Source of the DNA: Podarcis filfolensis
Taxonomy: Eukaryota
Length of the DNA stretch: 64,000 nt
Reading direction: 5' to 3' (one strand)
Assembly (NCBI GenBank): GCA_964270895.1
Contig: OZ185443.1
Notes under the pieces: model-generated
Told to the model about the DNA's origin: nothing
The model's database searches: none
Seen by the model: the letters and a program-made list of their open reading frames with translations, nothing else
Position numbers and translations under genes: made by a program
In this document: piece by piece, positions 1 through 11,697 of the stretch
Position numbering within the stretch: position 1 is the stretch's first letter
How the letters are laid out: each line of letters opens with the position of its first letter

Positions 1-220
1 TTGCAGTGGTCAGGAGACCAAATCATCAATCACTGCAAAAGGTACTCTGAACGATTAGTATAGAGACATTAACTTTATTTATGGGCATATTATTGAGGTA
101 ATGTCCACAGAGTCCAGCTTTAAGTATACCAAGCAACGCATAGTACAGAGGGGGTTGGGGAAGGAATTTCATCAAGTATATTCTGTCTGTGACATTAGGG
201 TGATTGCATAAGGGTTATAC

Positions 221-336
221 CAGCCTTCTCCAACCCTTTTGCCCTCTAGAAGTGTTGGATTACAACTCCGATCAGCCCCAGTCCAGATGACCAATGGTCA
301 GGAATGAAAGTTGTAGAGGACATCAGATAAGGAAGA
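221..336. mobile_element. Degenerate short palindromic MITE-like repeat (CCTTC..CAACC / CCCTCCAGATGTT..GGACTACAACTCCC family)
   Basis: Shares the motifs gccctctaga-gtgttggattacaactcc-atcagccccag-ccaatggtcagg with copies at ~3272, 21290, 23275, 30470, 40030 and 44270. Confidence 0.5.
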
Positions 337-2693
337 GTGGGGACCAAAGCAGAGGTTCTATCTCTTGCAAAGCATTAACTCCATGTTTGCTAGTTCTTGT
401 TCTATGAGTCATAACCCATTATTGTTCTGTGAGTCACAGTGTGTCAAGTTTCCATTCCATTCAGATCCAGGAGAAACATTTTTAAACAGCTTGAACTCCA
501 AAGTTTATTTTGACAAAATAGGAAATAAATTAATATTTGGTGTATGCACTTTCTTCCTTTATCTTGAATCTGTTGACTATGTCTGTGCTCTGTGTGCCAC
601 GGTGGCAGAAGAATAAATCACTACTATGAGATATTTAGAGTATTTATAGCATCTATATTGTAATATAAAACCCTCTTAAGAAGCAAGACGCATTTGCCCT
701 GCAGGGTCAAATTGGTGCCAAGTTAATAACCCCCACCATGGCTTATGAAATATTTGCACATTGCCATACTGCCTAAAGTAAAATCCTGTGGTAAACCTTC
801 AATTGGATAAAAGGAAAAGCAATCCATTGCAAAAGGCACCATTTATCTAAATCAGTAGAGACACTTCCTACTGCATTGACCTTCATTGAATCTTGACTAG
901 AAAGCATTAAGAAATGCCTGGGGAGAAAAATAAACCTAAGGGACTTCCCTTATGCAGCAGCTCTTTCTGTTGTGATAAAATAAATGGCTGGCTAACTATG
1001 ATGTTTCATTTCAAACAGACTTTGAAACCCATCAGGATGGATCATACCCCTTCCATTTAGGGGGTAGACTTGGTGCCCAGGACACATTGGCCTTTCTATG
1101 TCATGCATTTTCAGGGCTGTACTATGGGATGATGTGGGCACCTCTGGCATGAGGTTGTTCTCTGTCTTTAGCACAATACACACCACAATATTTGGACAAA
1201 TCCATAGCAACATCAATAAGTACTTTGTTTCAGGCACTATTGCCCTAAGAGGCAACACAGATAAAGCAGGATTGCAGAAATGCACATTTAGCCCTGAGCC
1301 CCTGGGGTTTAGCAACTCCTTCCACTCCCTTGTATGACCACCCAGGGTTCTCAGTTGCATGGGGAGCTCCATAGATGCACAAGACTCTGCTGCAGATGTT
1401 TACTTTAACCATGTATGGGGCTGGAAGAGGCTGTGAAGAATGGGGAGGTGGGGCTAAATGTGTGTTTCCTACAGCCTCACCTGGATCTTATTCTGTCACA
1501 TAACTGGAGCATGAAGGATTCCACCTCAGATCCTAAGTCTGTATGACACCAGGAGCTTCTCCAGACAACCTGCTTTGCATTCATTCTTATTTGCTTGCTT
1601 ATTTGCTTGTGGGGTTGTTACAGCACAATAAGCATCCATCTTGATTTGCTGGCATAGATGCCATATGCCTTTCTATCAATCACACACTTTGTATTGCATT
1701 TCTCTATCATTTTGCCCACCACAAAAAAATACATTTAAAAAGAAGTGGGTTTGTTGCATCAGAGGGACAGAGCAGTTTAATCCATTGTAATTGCGCCAAC
1801 CAATATTTCCAGCATGATATTGAATCCCTTCCACAAAATACTGACAGTCTGGAGGTGACTGAGGGATATCAAACCAGCAGGTCTAACAGCAGCGTACAGG
1901 CACCTTACAAGCACCTCCGCTTATGTGCTGCTTGTATGTTTGAAAATAAAGCAAACATTACCAGCACGCCAGAAGCCACTGCTGCCATCTCATCCAGAGG
2001 TAATATTAACAGAAGAAAATTGCACATTCTGCTCTCCTTCCCTCAACCATGTTTTAAAAGTGAAAAACCTCTCTCTGGTGGATGGGCTCAAGAAAACTCT
2101 AAAATAGCACGTTTGCTAGCATTCTCCCTGCCCCCAACTCCTCGCTTTCACACGTCAAGAAAGGTGACTGATGGGTAAGACTTCCACAACCCTGAGCTGA
2201 TTCTGTCATACTTAAGGGAAGTAACGTGCTGATTGCAGAGACCAGCTTTGGCAACTGGCACTGCTCAACATCACTCAGAATGAAAATCTTTCATCTAGAT
2301 TCTGCTATAGCAAGCCATATATATATACATATATACTCTGTCTTCCGTGTGCTTTATAAAGTTGGAGTTAGAAAGACAATCCGACATCTATTTAATTCAT
2401 TGATTTTCAACCTACTGAGCATATATTTACTGGAATGCTTTGAGAATACAGCCCTGGTTAGGCTTGCTGTGCCTCATGTGGGAGCAGGCATTGGGTAGGC
2501 CACCCACATGATTTAGAAACCTGACTGCCTTGGATTCTAAGAAGCATAGGGACCCTAATAGAGAATGCTCCCAGCTACAGAACATTACCCTCCAGTCTGT
2601 AAAAGGTGGCAGTGCTGGGTGACAGGGATGTGATACAGTGAGTGGGCCCCAAAAACACATTCCTTTCATTTGACTTCAAGTATGTAAGGTCTA

Positions 2694-3053
2694 GGGACAC
2701 GGGTGGCGCTGTGGGTTAAACCACAGAGCCTAGGACTTGCCGATCAGAAGGTTGGCGGTTCGAATCCCCGTGATGGGGTGAGCTCCCATTGCTCGGTCCC
2801 TGCTCCTGCCAACCTAGCAGTTCGAAAGCACGTCAAAGTGCAAGTAGATAAATAGGTACCGCTCCAGTGGGAAGGAAGGTAAACGGCATTTCCGTGCACT
2901 GCTCTGGTTCACCAGAAGTGGTTTAGTCATGCTGGCCACATGACCCGGAAGCTGTACGCCGGCTCCCTCGGCCAATAAAGCGAGATGAGCACCGCAACCC
3001 CAGAGTCGGTCACAACTGGACCTAATGGTCAGGGGTCCCTTTACCTTTACCTT
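2694..3053 (+). mobile_element. Full-length Sauria SINE (tRNA-derived head, BovB/RTE-type tail)
   Basis: Starts GGGACACGGGTGGCGCTGTGG (A box), B box GGTTCGAATCC, ends GGGGTCCCTTTACCTTTACCTT. 12-bp TSD TATGTAAGGTCT at 2681-2692 and 3054-3065. Confidence 0.95.
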
Positions 3054-3271
3054 TATGTAAGGTCTGGAACACCAGAACAGGATGTAATTTACACACTAAA
3101 CAGGGCTTAGGTTTTCTCCTTCTGATGAAAGCAACAACTACAAAGAAGTGTGTGCATTTTGATTCTTCATAATGTGTTAGTTCATGTTGTCAGTAGTTTC
3201 TGGGATTCTTGATTTGATCCTGCCAAGCACCTTGAAGAAAACATAGATTCCTCTTTTTTGTTGGTACTCAA

Positions 3272-3408
3272 GATGGCCTCCCCCAACCCATTGCCATCCA
3301 GATATTGTTGGACTACAGCCGTCATCAGCTTCAGCTGCATGGCCAATGGTCAGGGATAATGGGAGATGCAGTTCAACCACATTGGGAGGGCATCCAGTTA
3401 GAGAAGCC
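3272..3408. mobile_element. Short palindromic MITE-like repeat (same family as 221-336)
   Basis: ccatccagatattgttggactaca ... agttcaaccacattgggagggca forms an imperfect inverted repeat around the core catcagcttcagctgcatggccaatggtcagggat. Confidence 0.55.
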
Positions 3409-5157
3409 TAGGTAGGCTATATAGTACATGATGATCCCACCAGTGCTCTGTGTCTGGATATGCAGAGGATGCATTCCCTTGCCTTTCATGTGTTTGCAAC
3501 TCAGCTAGATTATTTTCAAAATAAGCACATAAATCCAAATACAAAAACATACTTCAGAAAAAAGCAGCACACTAATGAAATGGACAAAATGTCCCTTAGC
3601 CTTCCTGTAAATAAATTGTAATTAACTGTACATCAAACTTAACGTCAATCAGTATTAATTCATGGAATTTAAGGACTATAATTATAACTTTAAAATAAAT
3701 GATTGGATTTGTATGTATGTGCTATAATTTCAGGGCCAATACATCTAATTTTACGAGTATATGAACACCATTAATAATATCACCAGTGATGCATTATACA
3801 CTATTCATTTTATAACTATTTTCTTTTGCTCATTATTCAATTAGAGTTTTTGTTTGTTTATTACTAGGATTGCCTATATAAAAGTTTTATCCAAATGGTT
3901 AGAGACACACTGTGGAGGAAATCAAAAATGTAGAGAAACAGGAACACTATTTATTTGGCTGGTTGGAATTCATTCTCAAAATTTGTATATGCCATCACAC
4001 TTATGAACAAAAGTCAGGAGACCAGACTGAGATGAAAAATGGTCATATTTGTTCAAATATATTAATAAAGACAAGTGTGACCTTTAAAGGCTTGAAGTTT
4101 CAAAGTGCCCTCCACCCTCTCTTTGGTTGTCCCATTGCCCAAATGAGGAATGGAGGGGAAATTAAGTGATGGTCTTGGAGCACCCTCGAGACCTTTGCAC
4201 ACATTCACTGAGCACACACAGCCCTTGATGTTTTGTAGGCATTTCATTTGCTTGGAAATTCATCAGGGCCATTTTCAGCAAAGTCAGAGATGGTTACCTG
4301 ACAGGCCAGCGTAACATTCAAGTGTGTAAACATACCCTGGGAACATAGTCTACATCCAATGGGTAAGGTGCCTATTCCAAAAGAAAGAACAAGAAGAGAA
4401 AGGGTGCTATCCATGTCATCAGCCTCAATTTTGGCTTGTGTTGGTCTGGATTGTAAAACCATCTGGTTTTTAGTCATCCCATCTCTTTAAGATAGATGTA
4501 ATCAGGAACAGCCTGTGAGTCATTTGTCCAATACTCTGTAGTGCTGCGAGAATGGAATAACTCTCCAGTGCTCCACCCTTTATGCTTAAGGCTGCCTCCT
4601 GCATACCATAAATCTGTGCAACCGTGCATGTTGTAATGATGTATCTTGACATTCCCAATTACATTTTGGAGAGCCATGAGTACAACATTTCCAGCAGTTC
4701 TCTCAACTACCCACATAAATTTACCTTAGCTCCTACAGAATGCTGTGCATGATTTATTTACTTAGTGGTTAGCTCTGGAAACACTGTCAAACCCAAGCAA
4801 TGAAATTCTATTGAATATTTTGGGCAAATTTATAACGTTGATCCACTCTTTTTAAATGCAAAGTGAAGGCAAGGTCAATTTAGAAGTGCAGTTTTATATC
4901 CGTTATACCTGGGGCTCCTGACCCATTCCTTTTGTACCATTTCCAGAGGGGAAACCATGTTACGTCTCCTGTAGCAAAAGCAACAAAAAGTCTTGTGGCA
5001 GGCACCTTAAAGACAAAAGGGTTTATTGTGGAATAAGCTTTCATGTCCTGCATGGTTGGATAGGGTAGGGAAGAATACTAAATAGATCAGAAGGAAAGGA
5101 AATGCAGAAGAGTACAGATGGTAGTAATTACCTTATTAAAAGTGACTAATCTCTGTG

Positions 5158-5168
5158 TCTGTCTGTCT

Positions 5169-5236
<68 letters not shown>
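5158..5236. repeat. Compound microsatellite (TCTG)n(TG)n(GA)n
   Basis: Directly visible. Confidence 0.98.
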
Positions 5237-5241
<5 letters not shown>

Positions 5242-5394
5242 ATAACACAGATGTCCTGGCACTGGTAAGCCAATCAACACATGTTGTATGCTAAGAATCC
5301 CTTGTGCCCACTTGATCCAGAAGTAGCATCGTTAAACCTACTGATGCATTGAAATTTAATGGTTTCATGTTGCCTCTTCCCATCCCATATGCAC

Positions 5395-5530
5395 CTAACT
5401 GGGATCAGAGATGCTCAGCTGAGGGCCTTCTTCATGTGCCCCTCTCTCAATCTGAGATGAGAGAGAAGACCTTTTCAGAGGTGGTTCCCTTGTTGTAAAA
5501 AAGCCTCCCCAGTAAAAGCTCACCTGTTAC
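5395..5530 (+). mobile_element. Highly degenerate L2 LINE 3' fragment
   Basis: gatgctcagctgagggccttctt ... agaccttttcagaggtggttcccttgttgt resembles the 3' ORF2 region of the L2 copy at 10140-10270. Confidence 0.4.
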
Positions 5531-5861
5531 CTACCATCATGTGCTTTTGGAACCTAGCAAATACACATATATCTATATAATTTCCCCAGATCCCAACATC
5601 TTCTAAAATGCTTTGTTTTAATATTTCAATCTCTGTATTTCATTGTGGTTTCAATGGTAGTTTTTGGCTCTTTGGGGATTATTTTGTGACTCTCTATATT
5701 ATATAATTGTTGCTGATTCTGTTAATTTCTACTTTGATGTGGTTCTGTTTTATAGGATGCTAGGACTGACTCTTGGCTGGTGTTTTATGGGAACTGTGTT
5801 TATTGGAATGTGTTACAATCTGTTCAACACAAATGTATTTTAATCTTTGGAACCAACTCCC

Positions 5862-6010
5862 TTAGAAAGTTGTGGACTCTCCTTCCTTAGAGGTTTTTAA
5901 GCAGAAGTGGGATGGCCATCTGTCATGGATGCTTTAGTCAAGATTCCTGCATTGCAGGAGATTGGACTAGATGACACTCAGGGTCCCTTCCAACTCTACA
6001 ATTCTATGAT
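5862..6010 (+). mobile_element. CR1 LINE 3' terminal fragment
   Basis: Near-identical to 8785-8928 (gtggactctccttcctt-gaggtttttaa...ggactagatga...cccttccaactcta-aattctatgat), ending in the ATTCTATG-type tail. Confidence 0.88.
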
Positions 6011-6623
6011 GCCCAGAGAACTCTGGTTTATTGAGTGACTGATAAAACAAATAAATAAATCTCTCATTTGTCTTCCCTGCACCCATACCTTTCATATTGA
6101 CCAAAGCAAGAGGTTCAATTGCACAGCTAGCTGCTTTAAACAATAATAAGAAACCTAAATTTGTCAGAGCTGTTTGCCATAGGCAACATCTCTTACACTC
6201 TGTATGTTAGGTAGGGGGAAGATACTCAAAGCCTTTTCTCAAAAAACGAGTCATGACTGCAACTGAACACTTCCAGAAATTAAACTAAAAGAGGGCCCAG
6301 AGTCCAATTACACAAAATCTTAATGTGTGCATTTTAACTGTAAATATGCCAGAATTTATTAAGTGCAAAAAAATACTATTTGTAGGTATGATTTTCAAAT
6401 TGCTGCTTTGAGTATCATGAAGGAAATGAGAAAGCTGAATAAAAAGCTGGCTAAGAAATAAAAAAGAGAGCCTATTCTTGAAGTAATAAAAAATGTGTTG
6501 CCACTGTAACTCTGCAAACCTCTTTGTAGCATTTGAGAAAGACCGGGAGACTAACCAATTGTCCTTTCCTCTCTTTCCATTGCTCTCTTTTTAATTATCA
6601 GTACTAGCACTTGTATATTTTTT

Positions 6624-6893
6624 ACCTAGCAGCTCGAAAGCATGCTGGTCCAAGTAGATAAATAGGTACTGCCTACAGCGGGAAGGTAAACAGAGTTTCC
6701 ATGCATTCTGGCTTCCGTCGTGGTTTTCTGTTGCTCCAGAAGCAGTTTAGTCATGCTGGCCGCGTGACCCAGAAAAGCTGTCCGTGTACAAATGCCAGCT
6801 CCCTCGGGATAAAGCAAGATGAGCACTGCACCCCATAGTCACCTTTGACTGGACTTAACCGTCCAGGGGTCCTTTACCTTTTACCTTTACCTT
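6624..6893 (+). mobile_element. 5'-truncated Sauria SINE (second subfamily, 3' end ACTGGACTTAACCGTCCAGGGGTCCTTT)
   Basis: acctagcag-tcgaaagca...caagtagataaataggtac...tttagtcatgctggcc... followed by an ACCTTT-type tail; aligns to 2810-3053. Confidence 0.9.
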
Positions 6894-7839
6894 ACTTTTC
6901 AGCACAATTTTCCCACTGCTTTTCATTAGCGGCACAGGTTCCTCTCCCCCATATTATGTCTCAACATAGCCACCCTGCATTTCTATTTTCAAAGCCTGTG
7001 ATCATTACATTTCTCAATTATCATTCGAATTCAGATGGACTGCTGTGAAAACAGCTGCTTTTCAAGTCTGCCTTTAATTCTACCCATGCAGTTCATTTGC
7101 ACTGCATGCAAATCAGCTTAGCCTGTGGAGTACATAGCCTGCTGGTGGTCAAGTTAGTTAGATGGCAGCCTTCTGTGATGTAGCTTCACTCTTCCTTTCA
7201 CTTACAACAGAACCTCTGATCTAATATGAAACCAATGAAAGTTGTTATGGGAGTATAGGACTCGGATCATTTTGTTTATTAGGCTATTGATCCTGAAAAC
7301 AAACTGTCTGCGGCATGCCTTGGGCTGCAAGAAGAGAACATCTCCAATATTGTGCTGACTTGTCCCTTCCAAAGGCAGCAATTTATGTCAGTGATTAACT
7401 AGGAACTCCAGCAGATTCAACACAGTTGGGGTCCAACAGTGCAGTGAGGACTAAAAAAAAAGTGAATTTGAGATCAGGTGCAGCCACACACAAAATTAAA
7501 CATAGGAAAGAGTTGAGTCTAAGGAAGACATTATATGTCCTAAACAAAAGCACAAGGATTTAATTTTTCCTTATCAGGTTAATTTGTTCATAAACAATTT
7601 ATGCCCACAACATTAATTTTTACTATGTTGCTTAGAAATCAGACATGTTCTTATTTTGCATGTGGGTTAATGAGCTCTTCATGAAAGGTAGGAGGTTAGT
7701 GGATCTTTGACCCAGAAAGTCTTTCATGAATAGTTTGTGTTTAGGGTTATGTTAATAATGCATTGTGCTACTTATAAATATTTATAAAGGGTTCATTCCT
7801 TAGCATTGCACTGAAATAGCAACTTTCAGATTTATCATT

Positions 7840-8928
7840 ATATTCTCGCGAGGAAGCTGGTAAAATGTGGATTGAACGAGGTAACTGTTAGGTGGATTTG
7901 TAGCTGGTTGACTGACCGAACCCAAAGTTCCTAGTCATCCTGGGGAAAAGTGACAAGTGGGGTGCCACAGGGTTCTGTTCTGGGCCCGTTGTTGTTCAAC
8001 GACTTTATAAATGACTTGGATGAAGGAATTGAGGGGATGCTTATCAAATTTGCAGATGACACCAAACTGAGAGGGGTAGCTAATGCCGCAAAAGATAGAA
8101 TCAGAATTCAAAATGACTTTAGCAGATTGGAGAACTGGGAGCAAGCTAACAAAATGAATTTCAATAGGGACAAAAGTAAGGTTCTGCACTTAGGCAGGAA
8201 GAACCAGATGCACAAATATAGGATGGGGGACACCTAGTTTAGTAGCAGTACATGTGAAAAGGATCTAGGGGTCTTGGTGGACCACAAAGCTTAGCATGAG
8301 TCAACAGAGTGATGCAGCAGCAAAAAAAAAAAAAAAAAAGCTAATGCTATTCTAGGCTGTATTAACAAAAGTATAGTGTCCAGATCAAGGGGAGTAATAA
8401 TACCACTATATTCTGCCTTAGTCAGATCACACTTGAAATACGGTGTCCCATTCTGGGCACCACAAATTAACAAGCTGTTGACAAGCTGGAACATGTGCAG
8501 AAGAGGGCAACCAAAATGATCAAGGGTCTGGAAACTAAGCCTTATGAGGAGCGCTGGAAGGGGCTGGGTATGTTTAGCCTGAAGAAGAAAACACTGAGAG
8601 GAGATATGATAGCCATCTTCAAATATCTTAAGGGCTGCCATATGGAGGATGGAGCATGCTGTTTTTCTCCTGCTCTGGAGAGTAGGACTCAAACCAATGG
8701 CTTCAAGTTGCAAGAAAGGAAATTCCAGCTAAATATTTGGTAAAATAGTAAGAGCTGTTCAGCAGTGGAACAGACTCCCATGAGAGGTGGTGGACTCTCC
8801 TTCCTTGGAGGTTTTTAAACAGAGGTTGGATGGTCATCTGTCATGGATGCTTTAGCTGAGATCTCTGTATTGCAGGGGTTGGACTAGATGACCCTTGGGG
8901 TCCCTTCCAACTCTAAGATTCTATGATT
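7840..8928 (+). mobile_element. 5'-truncated CR1 LINE: ORF2 reverse transcriptase C-terminal half plus 3' UTR, inactivated
   Basis: Translation TSGVPQGSVLGPLLF..INDLDEGIEGMLIKFADDTKL..LHLGRKN and [28 protein letters not shown], with stops, frameshifts and an expanded A-run at ~8323-8339. Ends attctatgatt. Confidence 0.95.
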
Positions 8929-9136
8929 CAATCTTGGGCATATCTATTTATGCTCCATAAATTTAGCCTTGGATTGCTTTCATTCTTTTTGAGGGCATTA
9001 GTCATCAGTTTCCCATCCAAAGTGATTTTATTCAAGTGCCTGAAAGCAGGTCTGATCCTTTCATCCTCAATCTATAAACTTCCCTGTGATGCCTCAGATC
9101 ACAACTTTTAGCACCACTTATGAATTCATATTATAA

Positions 9137-10447
9137 CTATTTGGATCCCTTCCAGTCGGGATTCAGGCCTCATCATGGGACTGAAACTGCATTGGTTGCG
9201 CTGGTCGCTTATCTCCGACATGCTAGGGACAATGGTGAGAGCTGCTTCCGAGTTCTGCTGGATCTCTCAGCGGCTTTTGATACCATCGACCATAACATCC
9301 TTCTGGACCATTTAGAGGGGCTGGGAGCTGGGAGCACTGTTATACAATGGTTCTGCTCCTTCCTCCTGGGCCATGTTCAGAAAGTGGGGGGGGGACGAGT
9401 GTTCAGACCCCTGTGCCCTCACTTGTGGGGTGCCTCAGGGTTCTGTCCTCTCCCCCATGCTTTTCAACATCTACATGAAGCCACTGAGAGAGATCATCAG
9501 GGGGTTTGGGCTGGGTGTTCATCAGTATGCGGATGATACACAGCTCTACCTCTCTTTCAAAGCAGAACCAGTGAAGGTGGTGAAGTGTCTGGAGGCGGTT
9601 GGAGGATGGATGGTGGCTAACACATTGAGGTTGAATCCTGACAAGACAGAAGTACTGTTTTTGGAGGACAGGAGGCGGCGGGTGTGGAGGACTCCCTGGT
9701 CCTGAATGGGGTAACTGTGCCCCTGAAGGACCACGTGCGCAGCCTGGGAGTCATTTTGGACTCACAGTTGTTCATGAGGTGCAGGTCAATTCTGTGTCCA
9801 GGGCAGCTGTTTATCAGCTCCATCTGGTACACAGGCTGAGACCCTACCTGCTCTCAGACTGTCTCGCCAGAGTGTTGCATGCTCTGGTTATCTCTCGCTT
9901 GGACTACTGCAATGCGCTCTATGTGGGGCTACCTTTGAAGGTGACATGGAAACTACAACTAATCCAGAATGCGGCAGCTAGACTGGTGACTGGGAGCAGC
10001 CGCCGAGACCACATTGACCTACATTGGCTCCCAGTACATTTCCCAGTACATTTCCGAGCACAATACAAAGTGTGCTGACCTTTAAAGCCCTAAATGGCCT
10101 TGGTCCAGTATACATGAAGGAGCGTCACCACCATCGTTCTGCCCAGACACTGAGGTCCAGTGCCGAAGGCCTTCTAGTGGTTACCTCACTGCAAGAAGCC
10201 AAGTTACAGGGAACCAGGCAGAGGGCCTTCTCGCTAGTGGCTCCCGCCCTGTGGAACTCTCTCCCACCAGATGTCAAAGAGAAAAGCAACTACCAGACTT
10301 TTAGAAGACATCTGAACGCAGCCCTGTTTAGGGAAGCTTTTAATGTTTAATAGACTATTGTATTTTAATATTTTGTTAGAAGCCGCCCAGAGTGGCTGGG
10401 GAAACCCAGCCAGATGGGCAGGGTATAAATAATAAATTATTATTATT
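9137..10447 (+). mobile_element. 5'-truncated L2-clade LINE: RT domain to 3' end, frameshifted
   Basis: LDPFQSGFRPHHGTETAL, LLDLSAAFDTIDH, GVPQGSVLSP, QYADDTQLY, SRLDYCNAL, LQLIQNAAARL, LHWLPV spread over several frames; (ATT)n tail; 9-bp TSD ATATTATAA at 9128-9136 and 10448-10456. Confidence 0.93.
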
Positions 10448-10667
10448 ATATTATAAATTTGCAATACTGCTGTTTTTTAAAGGTTTGGGATGGAGTCACA
10501 CAACCATAGTTGTACACAGTGATTAAAGCTCTCATATAATAGCTTGTTTGCTTAAAGTTTCACTGAACAACAACTGTTGTGAAAAGAGGCCTCTCATCTC
10601 ATGTAGGCATAGCCTCTCCATTGGGATGAAGCTTACCACATTACAGCCACAACCTCAACAGAGGCAA

Positions 10668-10785
10668 GAGCTATAGCTCAGTGGTACAGCATGCAGATGG
10701 TCCCAGGTTCAGTATCTGTCAATCCCAGGGAGAGGTCAGAAAGAGTCTAGTCTGAAATTCTCAGAAACCACTGTCATTCAAGTGT
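10668..10785 (+). mobile_element. Degenerate tRNA-derived SINE (same family as 11496-11697)
   Basis: atagctcagtggtacagcat (A box) ... ggtcccaggttca (B box) ... ctgaaattctcagaaaccact. Confidence 0.55.
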
Positions 10786-11329
10786 GGGAAATAATAAATT
10801 TTCCCCTCATAGCACTTTTCAGCTGGCAACACCCAACTCAACTGACATGTGATGTTAGCTGCAGAACAGGTAACACTATGGTTGCAATTGTTCTTGGCAG
10901 TGGGGCTTGCATCTGGTGTTATTTAAATTTCACATCAAATGTACCATTTGGGGCGTGTGACTCCTGGAATGGCCACAGGTACCAATAATTTGTTTTCTGT
11001 CTTCCTGCTTCCTTGTCTTTGAGAGTTCAGTAGCACCATACTATGGCTGATTTATCTTCTGACATTGCAGCTCTGGACCAAATCATTCTGTTCAGACTCC
11101 ACGCATACAATCTGACCTTACTGACAACTCATGTTTTTTTGAAAAAACGATGAGCATTATACTGTCCTTATTAAAATACGGATGCGGGCACCAATACAAA
11201 AGATGAAAAAAGTAACTACATTTAACTGCTTATTGCTCTGGTAAAGTCATTCTCTTTGTTCCCTGCTTGAAAGCATTGCCATTTCAGTGGAGATTGTAGT
11301 GAGAGACAAGTTACACTGCATAAGAAAGA

Positions 11330-11374
<45 letters not shown>

Positions 11375-11462
11375 TTATTATTTATACCCCGCCCATCTGG
11401 CTGAGCCTCCCCAGCCACTCTGGGCGGCTCCCAATCGAGTGTTAAAAACAATACAGCATTAA
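11330..11462 (-). mobile_element. L2 LINE 3' terminal fragment with expanded (ATT)n tail
   Basis: (AAT)n at 11330-11373 followed by tttatttataccccgcccatctggctgagcctccccagccactctgggcggct, the reverse complement of 10380-10447. Confidence 0.88.
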
Positions 11463-11495
11463 AAATACTTTGTAATCATTATCCATTCCTAGGCA

Positions 11496-11697
11496 AGGGG
11501 CCATAGCTCAAGGGCAGAACATCTGCTTTGCATGCAGAAGGTCCCAGATTCAATCCCTGGCAATCTCCAGGTAGAGATGGGAAATATGCTCACCTGAAAC
11601 CCTGGAGAACCACTATCAGTCAGTGTAGACAATACTGATGTAGAAGGACCAAGATTCTGACTCTGTTTAAGGCAGTTGCATAAGGCAGCTATGTTCC
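11496..11697 (+). mobile_element. Squamate tRNA-derived SINE, near full length
   Basis: ggggccatagctcaagggcagaacatctgctttgcatgcagaaggtcccagattcaatccctggc (tRNA head with A and B boxes), body ctgaaaccctggagaaccact..gtagacaatactga, tail aaggcagctatgttcct. Related copies at 10668, 33995 and 63352. Confidence 0.85.

Noticed and set aside
4244-4716. Adjacent minus-strand ORFs considered as an endogenous viral element
   Set aside because: No viral motif recognised, and part of the region is better explained as a splice acceptor tract. A BLASTX against viral proteins would settle it.
11496-11570. tRNA-like sequences considered as real tRNA genes (also 30116-30190)
   Set aside because: Acceptor stems and boxes are degenerate, and each continues into a SINE body or tail.
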